From Eledone cirrhosa (lineage: Eukaryota): DNA of 64,000 bases. The notes beneath the pieces were generated by a model. That model was not told the DNA's origin, searched no databases, and saw only the letters and a list, made by a program, of their open reading frames with translations. A program made the translations under genes and the position numbers. The stretch spans positions 94,984,001 through 95,048,000 of the forward strand of contig OZ024741.1 in the NCBI GenBank assembly GCA_964016885.1, written 5' to 3'. This document shows, in pieces, positions 38,701-53,700 of the stretch. Position 1 is the stretch's first letter; each line of letters opens with the position of its first letter.

Positions 38701-41700
38701 TAGATGTATGGGGCTAGTGTCATTGGAGGTTTACTGTTAGATGTATGGGGCTAGTGTCATTGGAGGTTTACTGTTAGATGTATGGGACTAGAGTCATTGG
38801 AGGTTTACTGTTAGATGTATGGGGCTAGTGTCATTGGAGGTTTACTGTTAGATGTATGGGACTAGTGTCATTGGAGGTTTACTGTTAGATGTATGGGGCT
38901 AGTGTCATTGGAGGTTTACTGTTAGATGTATGGGACTAGTGTCATTGGAGGTTTACTGTTAGATGTATGGGGCTAGTGTCATTGGAGGTTTACTGTTAGA
39001 TGTATGGGACTAGAGTCATTGGAGGTTTACTGTTAGATGTATGGGGCTAGTGTCATTGGAGGTTTACTGTTAGATGTATGGGACTAGTGTCATTGGAGGT
39101 TTACTGTTAGATGTATGGGGCTAGTGTCATTGGAGGTTTACTGTTAGATGTATGGGACTAGAGTCATTGGAGGTTTACTGTTAGCTGTATGGGACTAGTC
39201 TCATTGGAGATTTACTGTTAGATGTATGGGGCTAGTGTCATTGGAGGTTTACTGTTAGCTGTATGGGACTAGTGTCATTGGAGGTTTACTGTTAGATGTA
39301 TGGGACTAGTGTCATTGGAGGTTTACTGTTAAATGTATGGGGCTAGTGTCATTGGAGGTTTACTGTTAGATGTATGGGGCTAGAGTCATTGGAGGTTTAC
39401 TGTTAGATGTATTGGACTAGTGTCATTGGAGGTTTACTGTTAGATGTATGGGGCTAGTGTCATTGGAGGTTTACTGTTAGATGTATGGGGCTAGTGTCAT
39501 TGGAGGTTTACTGTTAGATGTATGGGACTAGAGTCATTGGAGGTTTACTGTTAGATGTATGGGGCTAGTGTCATTGGAGGTTTACTGTTAGATGTATGGG
39601 GCTAGTGTCATTGGAGGTTTACTGTTAGATGTATGGGACTAGAGTCATTGGAGGTTTACTGTTAGATGTATGGGGCTAGTGTCATTGGAGGTTTACTGTT
39701 AGATGTATGGGACTAGTGTCATTGGAGGTTTACTGTTAGATGTATGGGACTAGAGTCATTGGAGGTTTACTGTTAGATGTATGGGGCTATTGTCATTGGA
39801 GGTTTACTGTTAGATGTATGGGGCTAGTGTCATTGGAGGTTTACTGTTAGATGTATGGGACTAGTGTCATTGGAGGTTTACTGTTAGATGTATGGGACTA
39901 GAGTCATTGGAGGTTTACTGTTAGATGTATGGGGCTAGTGTCATTGGAGGTTTACTGTTAGATGTATGGGGCTAGTGTCATTGGAGGTTTACTGTTAGAT
40001 GTATGGGGCTAGTGTCATTGGAGGTTTACTGTTAGATGTATGGGACTAGAGTCATTGGAGGTTTACTGTTAGATGTATGGGGCTAGTGTCATTGGAGGTT
40101 TACTGTTAGATGTATGGGGCTAGTGTCATTGGAGGTTTACTGTTAGATGTATGGGACTAGAGTCATTGGAGGTTTACTGTTAGATGTATGGGGCTAGTGT
40201 CATTGGAGGTTTACTGTTAGATGTATGGGGCTAGTGTCATTGGAGGTTTACTGTTAGATGTATGGGACTAGAGTCATTGGAGGTTTACTGTTAGATGTAT
40301 GGGGCTAGTGTCATTGGAGGTTTACTGTTAGATGTATGGGACTAGTGTCATTGGAGGTTTACTGTTAGATGTATGGGGCTAGTGTCATTGGAGGTTTACT
40401 GTTAGATGTATGGGACTAGTGTCATTGGAGGTTTACTGTTAGATGTATGGGGCTAGTGTCATTGGAGGTTTACTGTTAGATGTATGGGACTAGAGTCATT
40501 GGAGGTTTACTGTTAGATGTATGGGGCTAGTGTCATTGGAGGTTTACTGTTAGATGTATGGGACTAGTGTCATTGGAGGTTTACTGTTAGATGTATGGGG
40601 CTAGTGTCATTGGAGGTTTACTGTTAGATGTATGGGACTAGAGTCATTGGAGGTTTACTGTTAGCTGTATGGGACTAGTCTCATTGGAGATTTACTGTTA
40701 GATGTATGGGACTAGAGTCATTGGAGGTTTACTGTTAGATGTATGGGGCTAGTGTCATTGGAGGTTTACTGTTAGATGTATGGGGCTAGTGTCATTGGAG
40801 GTTTACTGTTAGATGTATGGGACTAGTGTCATTGGAGGTTTACTGTTAGATGTATGGGACTAGAGTCATTGGAGGTTTACTGTTAGATGTATGGGGCTAG
40901 TGTCATTGGAGGTTTACTGTTAGATGTATGGGACTAGAGTCATTGGAGGTTTACTGTTAGATGTATGGGGCTAGTGTCATTGGAGGTTTACTGTTAGATG
41001 TATGGGACTAGTGTCATTGGAGGTTTACTGTTAGATGTATGGGGCTAGTGTCATTGGAGGTTTACTGTTAGATGTATGGGACTAGAGTCATTGGAGGTTT
41101 ACTGTTAGCTGTATGGGACTAGTCTCATTGGAGATTTACTGTTAGATGTATGGGGCTAGTGTCATTGGAGGTTTACTGTTAGCTGTATGGGACTAGTGTC
41201 ATTGGAGGTTTACTGTTAGATGTATGGGACTAGTGTCATTGGAGGTTTACTGTTAAATGTATGGGGCTAGTGTCATTGGAGGTTTACTGTTAGATGTATG
41301 GGGCTAGAGTCATTGGAGGTTTACTGTTAGATGTATTGGACTAGTGTCATTGGAGGTTTACTGTTAGATGTATGGGACTAGTGCCATTGGAGGTTTACTG
41401 TTAGATGTATGGGACTAGTGTCATTGTAGGTTTACTGTTAGATGTATAGTGCTAGTGTCATTGGAGGTTTACTGTTAAATGTATGGGACTAGTGTCATTG
41501 GAGGTTTACTGTTAGATGTATGGGACTAGTGTCATTGGAGGTTTACTGTTAGATGTATGGGACTAGTGTCATTGGAGGTTTACTGTTAGATGTATGGGGC
41601 TAGTGTCATTGGAGGTTTACTGTTAGATGTATGGGACTAGTGTCATTGGAGGTTTACTGTTAAATGTATGGGACTAGTGTCATTGGAGGTTTACTGTTAG

Positions 41701-44700
41701 ATGTATGGGGCTAGTGTCATTGGAGGTTTACTGTTAGATGTATGGGACTAGTGTCATTGGAGGTTTACTGTTAGATGTATGGGGCTAGTGTCATTGGAGG
41801 TTTACTGTTAGATGTATGGGACTAGTGTCATTGGAGGTTTACTGTTATATGTATGGGGCTAGTGTCATTGGAGGTTTACTGTTAGATGTATGGGACTAGT
41901 GTCATTGGAGGCTTACTGTTAGATGTATGGGACTAGTGTCATTGGAGGCTTACTGTTAGATGTATGGGACTAGTGTCATTGGAGGTTTACTGTTAAATGT
42001 ATGGGACTAGTGTCATTGGAGGCTTACTGTTAGATGTATGGGACTAGTGTCATTGGAGGTTTACTGTTAAATGTATGGGACTAGTGTCATTGGAGGTTTA
42101 CTGTTAGATGTATGGGACTAGTGTCATTGGAGGTTTACTGTTAGATGTATGGGACTAGTGTCATTGGAGGTTTACTGTTAGATGTATGGGGCTAGTGTCA
42201 TTGGAGGTTTACTGTTAGATGTATGGGGCTAGTGTCATTGGAGGCTTACTGTTAGATGTATGGGACTAGAGTCATTGGAGGCTTACTGTTAGATGTATGG
42301 GACTAGTGTCATTGGAGGCTTACTGTTAGATGTATGGGACTAGTGTCATTGGAGGCTTACTGTTAGATGTATGGGACTAGAGTCATTGGAGGCTTACTGT
42401 TAGATGTATGGGACTAGTGTCATTGGAGGCTTACTGTTAGATGTATGGGACTAGTGTCATTGGAGGTTTACTGTTAGATGTATGGGACTAGTGTCATTGG
42501 AGGCTTACTGTTAGATGTATGGGACTAGTGTCATTGGAGGCTTACTGTTAGATGTATGGGACTAGAGTCATTGGAGGTTTACTGTTAGATGTATGGGACT
42601 AGAGTCATTGGAGGTTTACTGTTAGATGTATGGGACTAGTGTCATTGGAGGTTTACTGTTAGATGTATGGGACTAGTGTCATTGGAGGTTTACTGTTAGA
42701 TGTATGGGACTAGTGTCATTGGAGGCTTACTGTTAGATGTATGGGACTAGTGTCATTGGAGGCTTACTGTTAGATGTATGGGACTAGTGTCATTGGAGGC
42801 TTACTGTTAGATGTATGGGACTAGTGTCATTGGAGGCTTACTGTTAGATGTATGGGACTAGTGTCATTGGAGGTTTACTGTTAGATGTATGGGGCTAGTG
42901 TCATTGGAGGTTTACTGTTAGATGTATGGGGCTAGTGTCATTGGAGGTTTACTGTTAGATGTATGGGACTAGTGTCATTGGAGGTTTACTGTTAGATGTA
43001 TGGGACTAGTGTCATTGGAGGCTTACTGTTAGATGTATGGGACTAGTGTCATTGGAGGCTTACTGTTAGATGTATGGGACTAGTGTCATTGGAGGCTTAC
43101 TGTTAGATGTATGGGACTAGTGTCATTGGAGGTTTACTGTTAGATGTATGGGACTAGTGTCATTGGAGGTTTACTGTTAGATGTATGGGGCTAGTGTCAT
43201 TGGAGGCTTACTGTTAGATGTATGGGACTAGTGTCATTGGAGGCTTACTGTTAGATGTATGGGACTAGTGTCATTGGAGGCTTACTGTTAGATGTATGGG
43301 ACTAGTGTCATTGGAGGTTTACTGTTAGATGTATGGGACTAGTGTCATTGGAGGTTTACTGTTAGATGTATGGGACTAGTGTCATTGGAGGCTTACTGTT
43401 AGATGTATGGGACTAGTGTCATTGGAGGTTTACTGTTAGATGTATGGGACTAGTGTCATTGGAGGTTTACTGTTAGATGTATGGGACTAGTGTCATTGGA
43501 GGCTTACTGTTAGATGTATGGGACTAGTGTCATTGGAGGCTTACTGTTAGATGTATGGGGCTAGTGTCATTGGAGGCTTACTGTTAGATGTATGGGGCTA
43601 GTGTCATTGGAGGCTTACTGTTAGATGTATGGGACTAGTGTCATTGGAGGCTTACTGTTAGATGTATGGGACTAGTGTCATTGGAGGTTTACTGTTAGAT
43701 GTATGGGACTAGTGTCATTGGAGGTTTACTGTTAGATGTATGGGACTAGTGTCATTGGAGGTTTACTGTTAGATGTATGGGACTAGTGTCATTGGAGGTT
43801 TACTGTTAGATGTATGGGGCTAGTGTCATTGGAGGTTTACTGTTAGATGTATGGGACTAGTGTCATTGGAGGTTTACTGTTAAATGTATGGGGCTAGTGT
43901 CATTGGAGGTTTACTGTTAAATGTATGGGGCTAGTGTCATTGGAGGTTTACTGTTAGATGTATGGGGCTAGTGTCATTGGAGGTTTACTGTTAGATGTAT
44001 GGGGCTAGTGTCATTGGAGGCTTACTGTTAGATGTATGGGGCTAGTGTCATTGGAGGTTTACTGTTAGATGTATTGGACTAGTGTCATTGGAGGTTTACT
44101 GTTAAATGTATGGGGCTAGTGTCATTGGAGGTTTACTGTTAGATGTATGGGACTAGTGTCATTGGAGGTTTACTGTTAAATGTATGGGGCTAGTGTCATT
44201 GGAGGTTTACTGTTAGATGTATGGGGCTAGTGTCATTGGAGGTTTACTGTTAGATGTATGGGGCTAGTGTCATTGGAGGTTTACTGTTAGATGTATGGGG
44301 CTAGTGTCATTGGAGGTTTACTGTTAGATGTATGGGACTAGTGTCATTGGAGGTTTACTGTTAAATGTATGGGGCTAGTGTCATTGGAGGTTTACTGTTA
44401 GATGTATGGGACTAGTGTCATTGGAGGTTTACTGTTAGATGTATGGGACTAGTGTCATTGGAGGTTTACTGTTAGATGTATGGGACTAGTGTCATTGGAG
44501 GTTTACTGTTAGATGTATGGGACTAGTGTCATTGGAGGTTTACTGTTAAATGTATGGGGCTAGTGTCATTGGAGGTTTACTGTTAGATGTATGGGGCTAG
44601 TGTCATTGGAGGTTTACTGTTAGATGTATGGGACTAGTGTCATTGGAGGTTTACTGTTAAATGTATGGGGCTAGTGTCATTGGAGGTTTACTGTTAGATG

Positions 44701-47700
44701 TATGGGGCTAGTGTCATTGGAGGTTTACTGTTAGATGTATGGGGCTAGTGTCATTGGAGGTTTACTGTTAGATGTATGGGGCTAGTGTCATTGGAGGTTT
44801 ACTGTTAGATGTATGGGACTAGTGTCATTGGAGGTTTACTGTTAAATGTATGGGGCTAGTGTCATTGGAGGTTTACTGTTAGATGTATGGGACTAGTGTC
44901 ATTGGAGGTTTACTGTTAGATGTATGGGACTAGTGTCATTGGAGGTTTACTGTTAGATGTATGGGACTAGTGTCATTGGAGGTTTACTGTTAGATGTATG
45001 GGACTAGTGTCATTGGAGGTTTACTGTTAAATGTATGGGGCTAGTGATATTGGAGGCTTACTGTTAGATGTATGGGACTAGTGTCATTGGAGGTTTACTG
45101 TTAAATGTATGGGGCTAGTGATATTGGAGGTTTACTGTTAGATGTATGGGGCTAGTGTCATTGGAGGTTTACTGTTAAATGTATGGGGCTAGTGTCATTG
45201 GAGGTTTACTGTTAGATGTATGGGGCTAGTGATATTGGAGGTTTACTGTTAGATGTATGGGGCTAGTGTCATTGGAGGTTTACTGTTAGATGTATGGGAC
45301 TAGTGTCATTGGAGGTTTACTGTTAGATGTATGGGGCTAGTGTCATTGGAGGTTTACTGTTAAATGTATGGGGCTAGTGATATTGGAGGCTTACTGTTAG
45401 ATGTATGGGACTAGTGTCATTGGAGGTTTACTGTTAAATGTATGGGGCTAGTGATATTGGAGGCTTACTGTTAGATGTATGGGACTAGTGTCATTGGAGG
45501 TTTACTGTTAAATGTATGGGGCTAGTGATATTGGAGGCTTACTGTTAGATGTATGGGACTAGTGTCATTGGAGGTTTACTGTTAAATGTATGGGGCTAGT
45601 GATATTGGAGGTTTACTGTTAGATGTATGGGGCTAGTGTCATTGGAGGTTTACTGTTAAATGTATGGGGCTAGTGTCATTGGAGGTTTACTGTTAGATGT
45701 ATGGGGCTAGTGATATTGGAGGTTTACTGTTAGATGTATGGGGCTAGTGTCATTGGAGGTTTACTGTTAGATGTATGGGACTAGTGATATTGGAGGTTTA
45801 CTGTTAGATGTATGGGGCTAGTGTCATTGGAGGTTTACTGTTAAATGTATGGGACTAGTGTCATTGGAGGTTTACTGTTAGATGTATGGGGCTAGTGTCA
45901 TTGGAGGTTTACTGTTAGATGTATGGGGCTAGTGTCATTGGAGGTTTACTGTTAGATGTATGGGGCTAGTGTCATTGGAGGTTTACTGTTAGATGTATGG
46001 GGCTAGTGTCATTGGAGGCTTACTGTTAGATGTATGGGACTAGTGTCATTGGAGGTTTACTGTTAAATGTATGGGACTAGTGTCATTGGAGGTTTACTGT
46101 TAGATGTATGGGGCTAGTGTCATTGGAGGTTTACTGTTAGATGTATGGGGCTAGTGTCATTGGAGGTTTACTGTTAGATGTATGGGAGTAGTGTCATTGG
46201 AGGTTTACTGTTAAATGTATGGGACTAGTGTCATTGGAGGTTTACTGTTAGATGTATGGGGCTAGTGTCATTGGAGGTTTACTGTTAGATGTATGGGGCT
46301 AGTGTCATTGGAGGCTTACTGTTAGATGTATGGGACTAGTGTCATTGGAGGTTTACTGTTAAATGTATGGGACTAGTGTCATTGGAGGTTTACTGTTAGA
46401 TGTATGGGACTAGTGTCATTGGAGGTTTACTGTTAGATGTATGGGACTAGTGTCATTGGAGGTTTACTGTTAGATGTATGGGGCTAGTGTCATTGGAGGT
46501 TTACTGTTAGATGTATGGGGCTAGTGTCATTGGAGGTTTACTGTTAGATGTATGGGACTAGTGTCATTGGAGGTTTACTGTTAAATGTATGGGACTAGTG
46601 TCATTGGAGGCTTACTGTTAGATGTATGGGACTAGTGTCATTGGAGGTTTACTGTTAGATGTATGGGGCTAGTGTCATTGGAGGTTTACTGTTAGATGTA
46701 TGGGGCTAGTGTCATTGGAGGTTTACTGTTAGATGTATGGGACTAGTGTCATTGTAGGTTTACTGTTAGATGTATGGGACTAGTGTCATTGGAGGTTTAC
46801 TGTTAGATGTATGGGACTAGTGTCATTGGAGGTTTACTGTTAGATGTATGGGGCTAGTGTCATTGGAGGTTTACTGTTAGATGTATGGGGCTAGTGTCAT
46901 TGGAGGTTTACTGTTAGATGTATGGGGCTAGTGTCATTGGAGGTTTACTGTTAGATGTATGGGACTAGAGTCATTGGAGGTTTACTGTTAGCTGTATGGG
47001 ACTAGTGTCATTGGAGGTTTACTGTTAGATGTATGGGACTAGTGTCATTGGAGGTTTACTGTTAGATGTATGGGACTAGAGTCATTGGAGGTTTACTGTT
47101 AGATGTATGGGGCTAGTGTCATTGGAGGTTTACTGTTAGATGTATGGGACTAGTGTCATTGGAGGTTTACTGTTAGATGTATGGGGCTAGTGTCATTGGA
47201 GGTTTACTGTTAGATGTATGGGACTAGTGTCATTGGAGGTTTACTGTTAGATGTATGGGGCTAGTGTCATTGGAGGTTTACTGTTAGATGTATGGGGCTA
47301 GTGTCATTGGAGGTTTACTGTTAGATGTATGGGACTAGTGTCATTGGAGGTTTACTGTTAAATGTATGGGACTAGTGTCATTGGAGGTTTACTGTTAGAT
47401 GTATGGGGCTAGTGTCATTGGAGGTTTACTGTTAGATGTATGTGATTAGTGTCATTGGTGGTTTACTGTTAAATGTATGGGACTAGTGTCATTGGAGGTT
47501 TACTGTTAGATGTATGGGACTAGTGTCATTGGAGGTTTACTGTTAGATGTATGGGACTAGTGTCATTGGAGGTTTACTGTTAGATGTATGGGACTAGTGT
47601 CATTGGAGGTTTACTGTTAGATGTATGGGGCTAGTGTCATTGGAGGTTTACTGTTAAATGTATGGGACTAGTGTCATTGGAGGTTTACTGTTAGATATAT

Positions 47701-50700
47701 GGGGCTAATGTCATTGGAGGTTTACTGTTAGATGTATGGGACTAGTGTCATTGGAGGTTTACTGTTAAATGTATGGGACTAGTGTCATTGGAGGTTTACT
47801 GTTAGATGTATGGGACTAGTGTCATTGGAGGTTTACTGTTAGATGTATGGGACTAGTGTCATTGGAGGTTTACTGTTAGATGTATGGGACTAGTGTCATT
47901 GGAGGTTTACTGTTAGATGTATGGGGCTAGTGTCATTGGAGGTTTACTGTTAGATGTATGGGACTATAGTCATTGGAGGTTTACTGTTAGCTGTATGGGA
48001 CTAGTGTCATTGGAGGTTTACTGTTAGATGTATGGGACTAGTGTCATTGGAGGTTTGCTGTTAGATGTATGGGACTAGAGTCATTGGAGGTTTACTGTTA
48101 GATGTATGGGGCTAGTGTCATTGGAGGTTTACTGTTAGATGTATGGGGCTAGTGTCATTGGAGGTTTACTGTTAGATGTATGGGACTAGTGTCATTGGAG
48201 GTTTACTGTTAAATGTATGGGACTAGTGTCATTGGAGGTTTACTGTTAGATGTATGGGGCTAGTGTCATTGGAGGTTTACTGTTAGATGTATGGGACTAG
48301 TGTCATTGGAGGTTTACTGTTAGATGTATGGGATTAGTGTCATTGGAGGTTTACTGTTAAATGTATGGGACTAGTGTCATTGGAGGTTTACTGTTAGATG
48401 TATGGGATTAGTGTCATTGGAGGTTTACTGTTAAATGTATGGGACTAGTGTCATTGGAGGTTTACTGTTAGATGTATGGGACTAGTGTCATTGGAGGTTT
48501 ACTGTTAGATGTATGGGACTAGTGTCATTGGAGGTTTACTGTTAGATGTATGGGATTAGTGTCATTGGATGTTTACTGTTAGATGTATGGGGCTAGTGTC
48601 ATTGGAGGTTTACTGTTAGATGTATGGGACTAGTGTCATTGGAGGTTTACTGTTAGATGTATGGGACTAGTGTCATTGGAGGTTTACTGTTAAATGTATG
48701 GGACTAGTGTCATTGGATGTTTACTGTTAGATGTATGGGGCTAATGTCATTGGAGGTTTACTGTTAGATGTATGGGACTAGTGTCATTGGAGGTTTACTG
48801 TTAAATGTATGGGACTAGTGTCATTGGAGGTTTACTGGTATATGTATGGGACTAGTGTCATTGGAGGTTTACTGTTAGATGTATGGGACTAGTGTCATTG
48901 GAGGTTTACTGTTAGATGTATGGGACTAGTGTCATTGGAGGTTTACTGTTAGATGTATGGGACTAGTGTCATTGGAGGTTTACTGTTAGATGTATGGGAC
49001 TAGTGTCATTGGAGGTTTACTGTTAGATGTATGGGACTAGTGTCATTGGAGGTTTACTGTTCAATGTATGGGACTAGTGTCATTGGAGGTTTACTGGTAG
49101 ATGTATGGGACTAGTGTCATTGGAGGTTTACTGTTAGATGTATGGGACTAGTGTCATTGGAGGTTTACTGTTAAATGTATGGGACTAGTGTCATTGGAGG
49201 TTTACTGTTAGATGTATGGGACTAGTGTCATTGGAGGTTTACTGTTAGATGTATGGGACTAGTGTCATTGGAGGTTTACTGTTAAATGTATGGGACTAGT
49301 GTCATTGGAGGTTTACTGTTAGATGTATGGGACTAGTGTCATTGGAGGTTTACTATTAGATGTATGGGACTAGTGTCATTAGAGGTTTACTGTTAAATGT
49401 ATGGGACTAGTGTCATTGGAGGTTTACTGGTAGATGTATGGGACTAGTGTCATTGGAGGTTTACTGTTAGATGTATGGGACTAGTGTCATTGGAGGTTTA
49501 CTGTTAGATGTATGGGACTAGTGTCATTGGAGGTTTACTGTTAGATGTATGGGACTAGTGTCATTGGAGGTTTACTGTTAGATGTATGGGACTAGTGTCA
49601 TTGGAGGTTTACTGTTAGATGTATGGGACTAGTGTCATTGGAGGTTTACTGTTAAATGTATGGGGCTAGTGTCATTGGAGGTTTACTGTTAGATGTATGG
49701 GACTAGTGTCATTGGAGGTTTACTGTTAGATGTATGGGACTAGTGTCATTGGAGGTTTACTGTTAGATGTATGGGGCTAGTGTCATTGGAGGTTTACTGT
49801 TAGATGTATGGGACTAGTGTCATTGGAGGTTTACTGTTAAATGTATGGGACTAGTGTCATTGGAGGTTTACTGGTAGATGTATGGGACTAGTGTCATTGG
49901 AGGTTTACTGTTAGATGTATGGGACTAGTGTCATTGGAGGTTTACTGTTAGATGTATGGGGCTAGTGTCATTGGAGGTTTACTGTTAGATGTATGGGACT
50001 AGTGTCATTGGAGGTTTACTGTTAAATGTATGGGGCTAGTGTCATTGGAGGTTTACTGTTAGATGTATGGGACTAGTGTCATTGGAGGTTTACTGTTAAA
50101 TGTATGGGGCTAGTGTCATTGGAGGTTTACTGTTAGATGTATGGGACTAGTGTCATTGGAGGTTTACTGTTAGATGTATGGGACTAGTGTCATTGGAGGT
50201 TTACTGTTAGATGTATGGGGCTAGTGTCATTGGAGGTTTACTGTTAGATGTATGGGACTAGTGTCATTGGAGGTTTACTGTTAAATGTATGGGACTAGTG
50301 TCATTGGAGGTTTACTGGTAGATGTATGGGACTAGTGTCATTGGAGGTTTACTGTTAGATGTATGGGACTAGTGTCATTGGAGGTTTACTGTTAGATGTA
50401 TGGGACTAGTGTCATTGGAGGTTTACTGTTAAATGTATGGGACTAGTGTCATTGGAGGTTTACTGTTAGATGTATGGGACTAGTGTCATTGGAGGTTTAC
50501 TGTTAAATGTATGGGACTAGTGTCATTGGAGGTTTACTGGTAGATGTATGGGACTAGTGTCATTGGAGGTTTACTGTTAGATGTATGGGACTAGTGTCAT
50601 TGGAGGTTTACTGTTAAATGTATGGGACTAGTGTCATTGGAGGTTTACTGTTAGATGTATGGGACTAGTGTCATTGGAGGTTTACTGTTAAATGTATGGG

Positions 50701-53700
50701 ACTAGTGTCATTGGAGATTTACTGGTAGATGTATGGGACTAGTGGCATTGGAGGTTTACTGTTAGATGTATGGGACTAGTGTCATTGGAGGTTTACTGTT
50801 AGATGTATGGGACTAGTGTCATTGGAGGTTTACTGTTAAATGTATGGGACTAGTGTCATTGGAGGTTTACTGTTAGATGTATGGGACTAGTGTCATTGGA
50901 GGTTTACTGTTAAATGTATGGGACTAGTGTCATTGGAGGTTTACTGGTAGATGTATGGGACTAGTGTCATTGGAGGTTTACTGTTAGATGTATGGGACTA
51001 GTGTCATTGGAGGTTTACTGTTAAATGTATGGGACTAGTGTCATTGGAGGTTTACTGTTAGATGTATGGGACTAGTGTCATTGGAGGTTTACTGTTAAAT
51101 GTATGGGACTAGTGTCATTGGAGGTTTACTGGTAGATGTATGGGACTAGTGCCATTGGAGGTTTACTGTTAGATGTATGGGACTAGTGTCATTGGAGGTT
51201 TACTGTTAGATGTATGGGGCTAGTGTCATTGGAGGTTTACTGTTAGATGTATGGGACTAGAGTCATTGGAGGTTTACTGTTAGCTGTATGGGACTAGTGT
51301 CATTGGAGGTTTACTGTTAGATGTATGGGACTAGTGTCATTGGAGGTTTACTGTTAGATGTATGGGACTAGAGTCATTGGAGGTTTACTGTTAGATGTAT
51401 GGGGCTAGTGTCATTGGAGGTTTACTGTTAGATGTATGGGGCTAGTGTCATTGGAGGTTTACTGTTATATGTATGGGGCTAGTGTCATTGGAGGTTTACT
51501 GTTAGATGTATGGGGCTAGTGTCATTGGAGGTTTACTGTTAGATGTATGGGGCTAGTGTCATTGGAGGTTTACTGTTAGATGTATGGGGCTAGTGTCATT
51601 GGAGGTTTACTGTTAGATGTATGGGGCTAGTGTCATTGGAGGTTTACTGTTAGATGTATGGGACTAGTGTCATTGGAGGTTTACTGTTAAATGTATGGGA
51701 CTAGTGTCATTGGAGGTTTACTGTTAGATGTATGGGACTAGTGTCATTGGAGGTTTACTGTTAAATGTATGGGACTAGTGTCATTGGAGGTTTACTGGTA
51801 GATGTATGGGACTAGTGTCATTGGAGGTTTACTGTTAGATGTATGGGACTAGTGTCATTGGAGGTTTACTGTTAAATGTATGGGACTAGTGTCATTGGAG
51901 GTTTACTGTTAGATGTATGGGACTAGTGTCATTGGAGGTTTACTGTTAAATGTATGGGACTAGTGTCATTGGAGATTTACTGGTAGATGTATGGGACTAG
52001 TGGCATTGGAGGTTTACTGTTAGATGTATGGGACTAGTGTCATTGGAGGTTTACTGTTAGATGTATGGGACTAGTGTCATTGGAGGTTTACTGTTAAATG
52101 TATGGGACTAGTGTCATTGGAGGTTTACTGTTAGATGTATGGGACTAGTGTCATTGGAGGTTTACTGTTAAATGTATGGGACTAGTGTCATTGGAGGTTT
52201 ACTGGTAGATGTATGGGACTAGTGTCATTGGAGGTTTACTGTTAGATGTATGGGACTAGTGTCATTGGAGGTTTACTGTTAAATGTATGGGACTAGTGTC
52301 ATTGGAGGTTTACTGTTAGATGTATGGGACTAGTGTCATTGGAGGTTTACTGTTAAATGTATGGGACTAGTGTCATTGGAGGTTTACTGGTAGATGTATG
52401 GGACTAGTGCCATTGGAGGTTTACTGTTAGATGTATGGGACTAGTGTCATTGGAGGTTTACTGTTAGATGTATGGGGCTAGTGTCATTGGAGGTTTACTG
52501 TTAGATGTATGGGACTAGAGTCATTGGAGGTTTACTGTTAGCTGTATGGGACTAGTGTCATTGGAGGTTTACTGTTAGATGTATGGGACTAGTGTCATTG
52601 GAGGTTTACTGTTAGATGTATGGGACTAGAGTCATTGGAGGTTTACTGTTAGATGTATGGGGCTAGTGTCATTGGAGGTTTACTGTTAGATGTATGGGGC
52701 TAGTGTCATTGGAGGTTTACTGTTATATGTATGGGGCTAGTGTCATTGGAGGTTTACTGTTAGATGTATGGGGCTAGTGTCATTGGAGGTTTACTGTTAG
52801 ATGTATGGGGCTAGTGTCATTGGAGGTTTACTGTTAGATGTATGGGGCTAGTGTCATTGGAGGTTTACTGTTAGATGTATGGGGCTAGTGTCATTGGAGG
52901 TTTACTGTTAGATGTATGGGACTAGTGATCTTGGAGGTTTACTGTTAGATGTATGGGACTAGTGTCATTGGAGGTTTACTGTTAAATGTATGGGGCTAGT
53001 GTCATTGGAGGTTTACTGTCAGATGTATGGGGCTAGAGTCATTGGAGGTTTACTGTTAGATGTATTGGACTAGTGTCATTGGAGGTTTACTGTTAGATGT
53101 ATGGGACTAGTGTCATTGGAGGTTTACTGTTAGATGTATGGGACTAGTGTCATTAGAGGTTTACTGTTAAATGTATGGGACTAGTGTCATTGGAGGTTTA
53201 CTGTTAGATGTATGGGGCTAGTGTCATTGGAGGTTTACTGTTAGATGTATGGGATTAGTGTCATTGGTGGTTTACTGTTAAATGTATGGTACCAGTGTCA
53301 TTGGAGGTTTACTGTTAGATGTATGGGACTAGTGTCATTGGAGGTTTACTGTTAGATGTATGGGACTAGTGTCATTGGAGGTTTACTGTTAGATGTATGG
53401 GACTAGTGTCATTGGAGGTTTACTGTTAGATGTATGGGGCTAGTGTCATTGGAGGTTTACTGTTAGATGTATGGGACTATTGTCATTGGAGGTTTACTGT
53501 TAGATGTATGGGACTAGTGTCATTGGAGGTTTACTGTTAGATGTATGGGACTAGTGTCATTGGAGGTTTACTGTTAGATGTATGGGGCTAGTGTCATTGG
53601 AGGTTTACTGTTAGATGTATGGGACTAGAGTCATTGGAGGTTTACTGTTAGCTGTATGGGACTAGTGTCATTGGAGGTTTACTGTTAGATGTATGGGACT

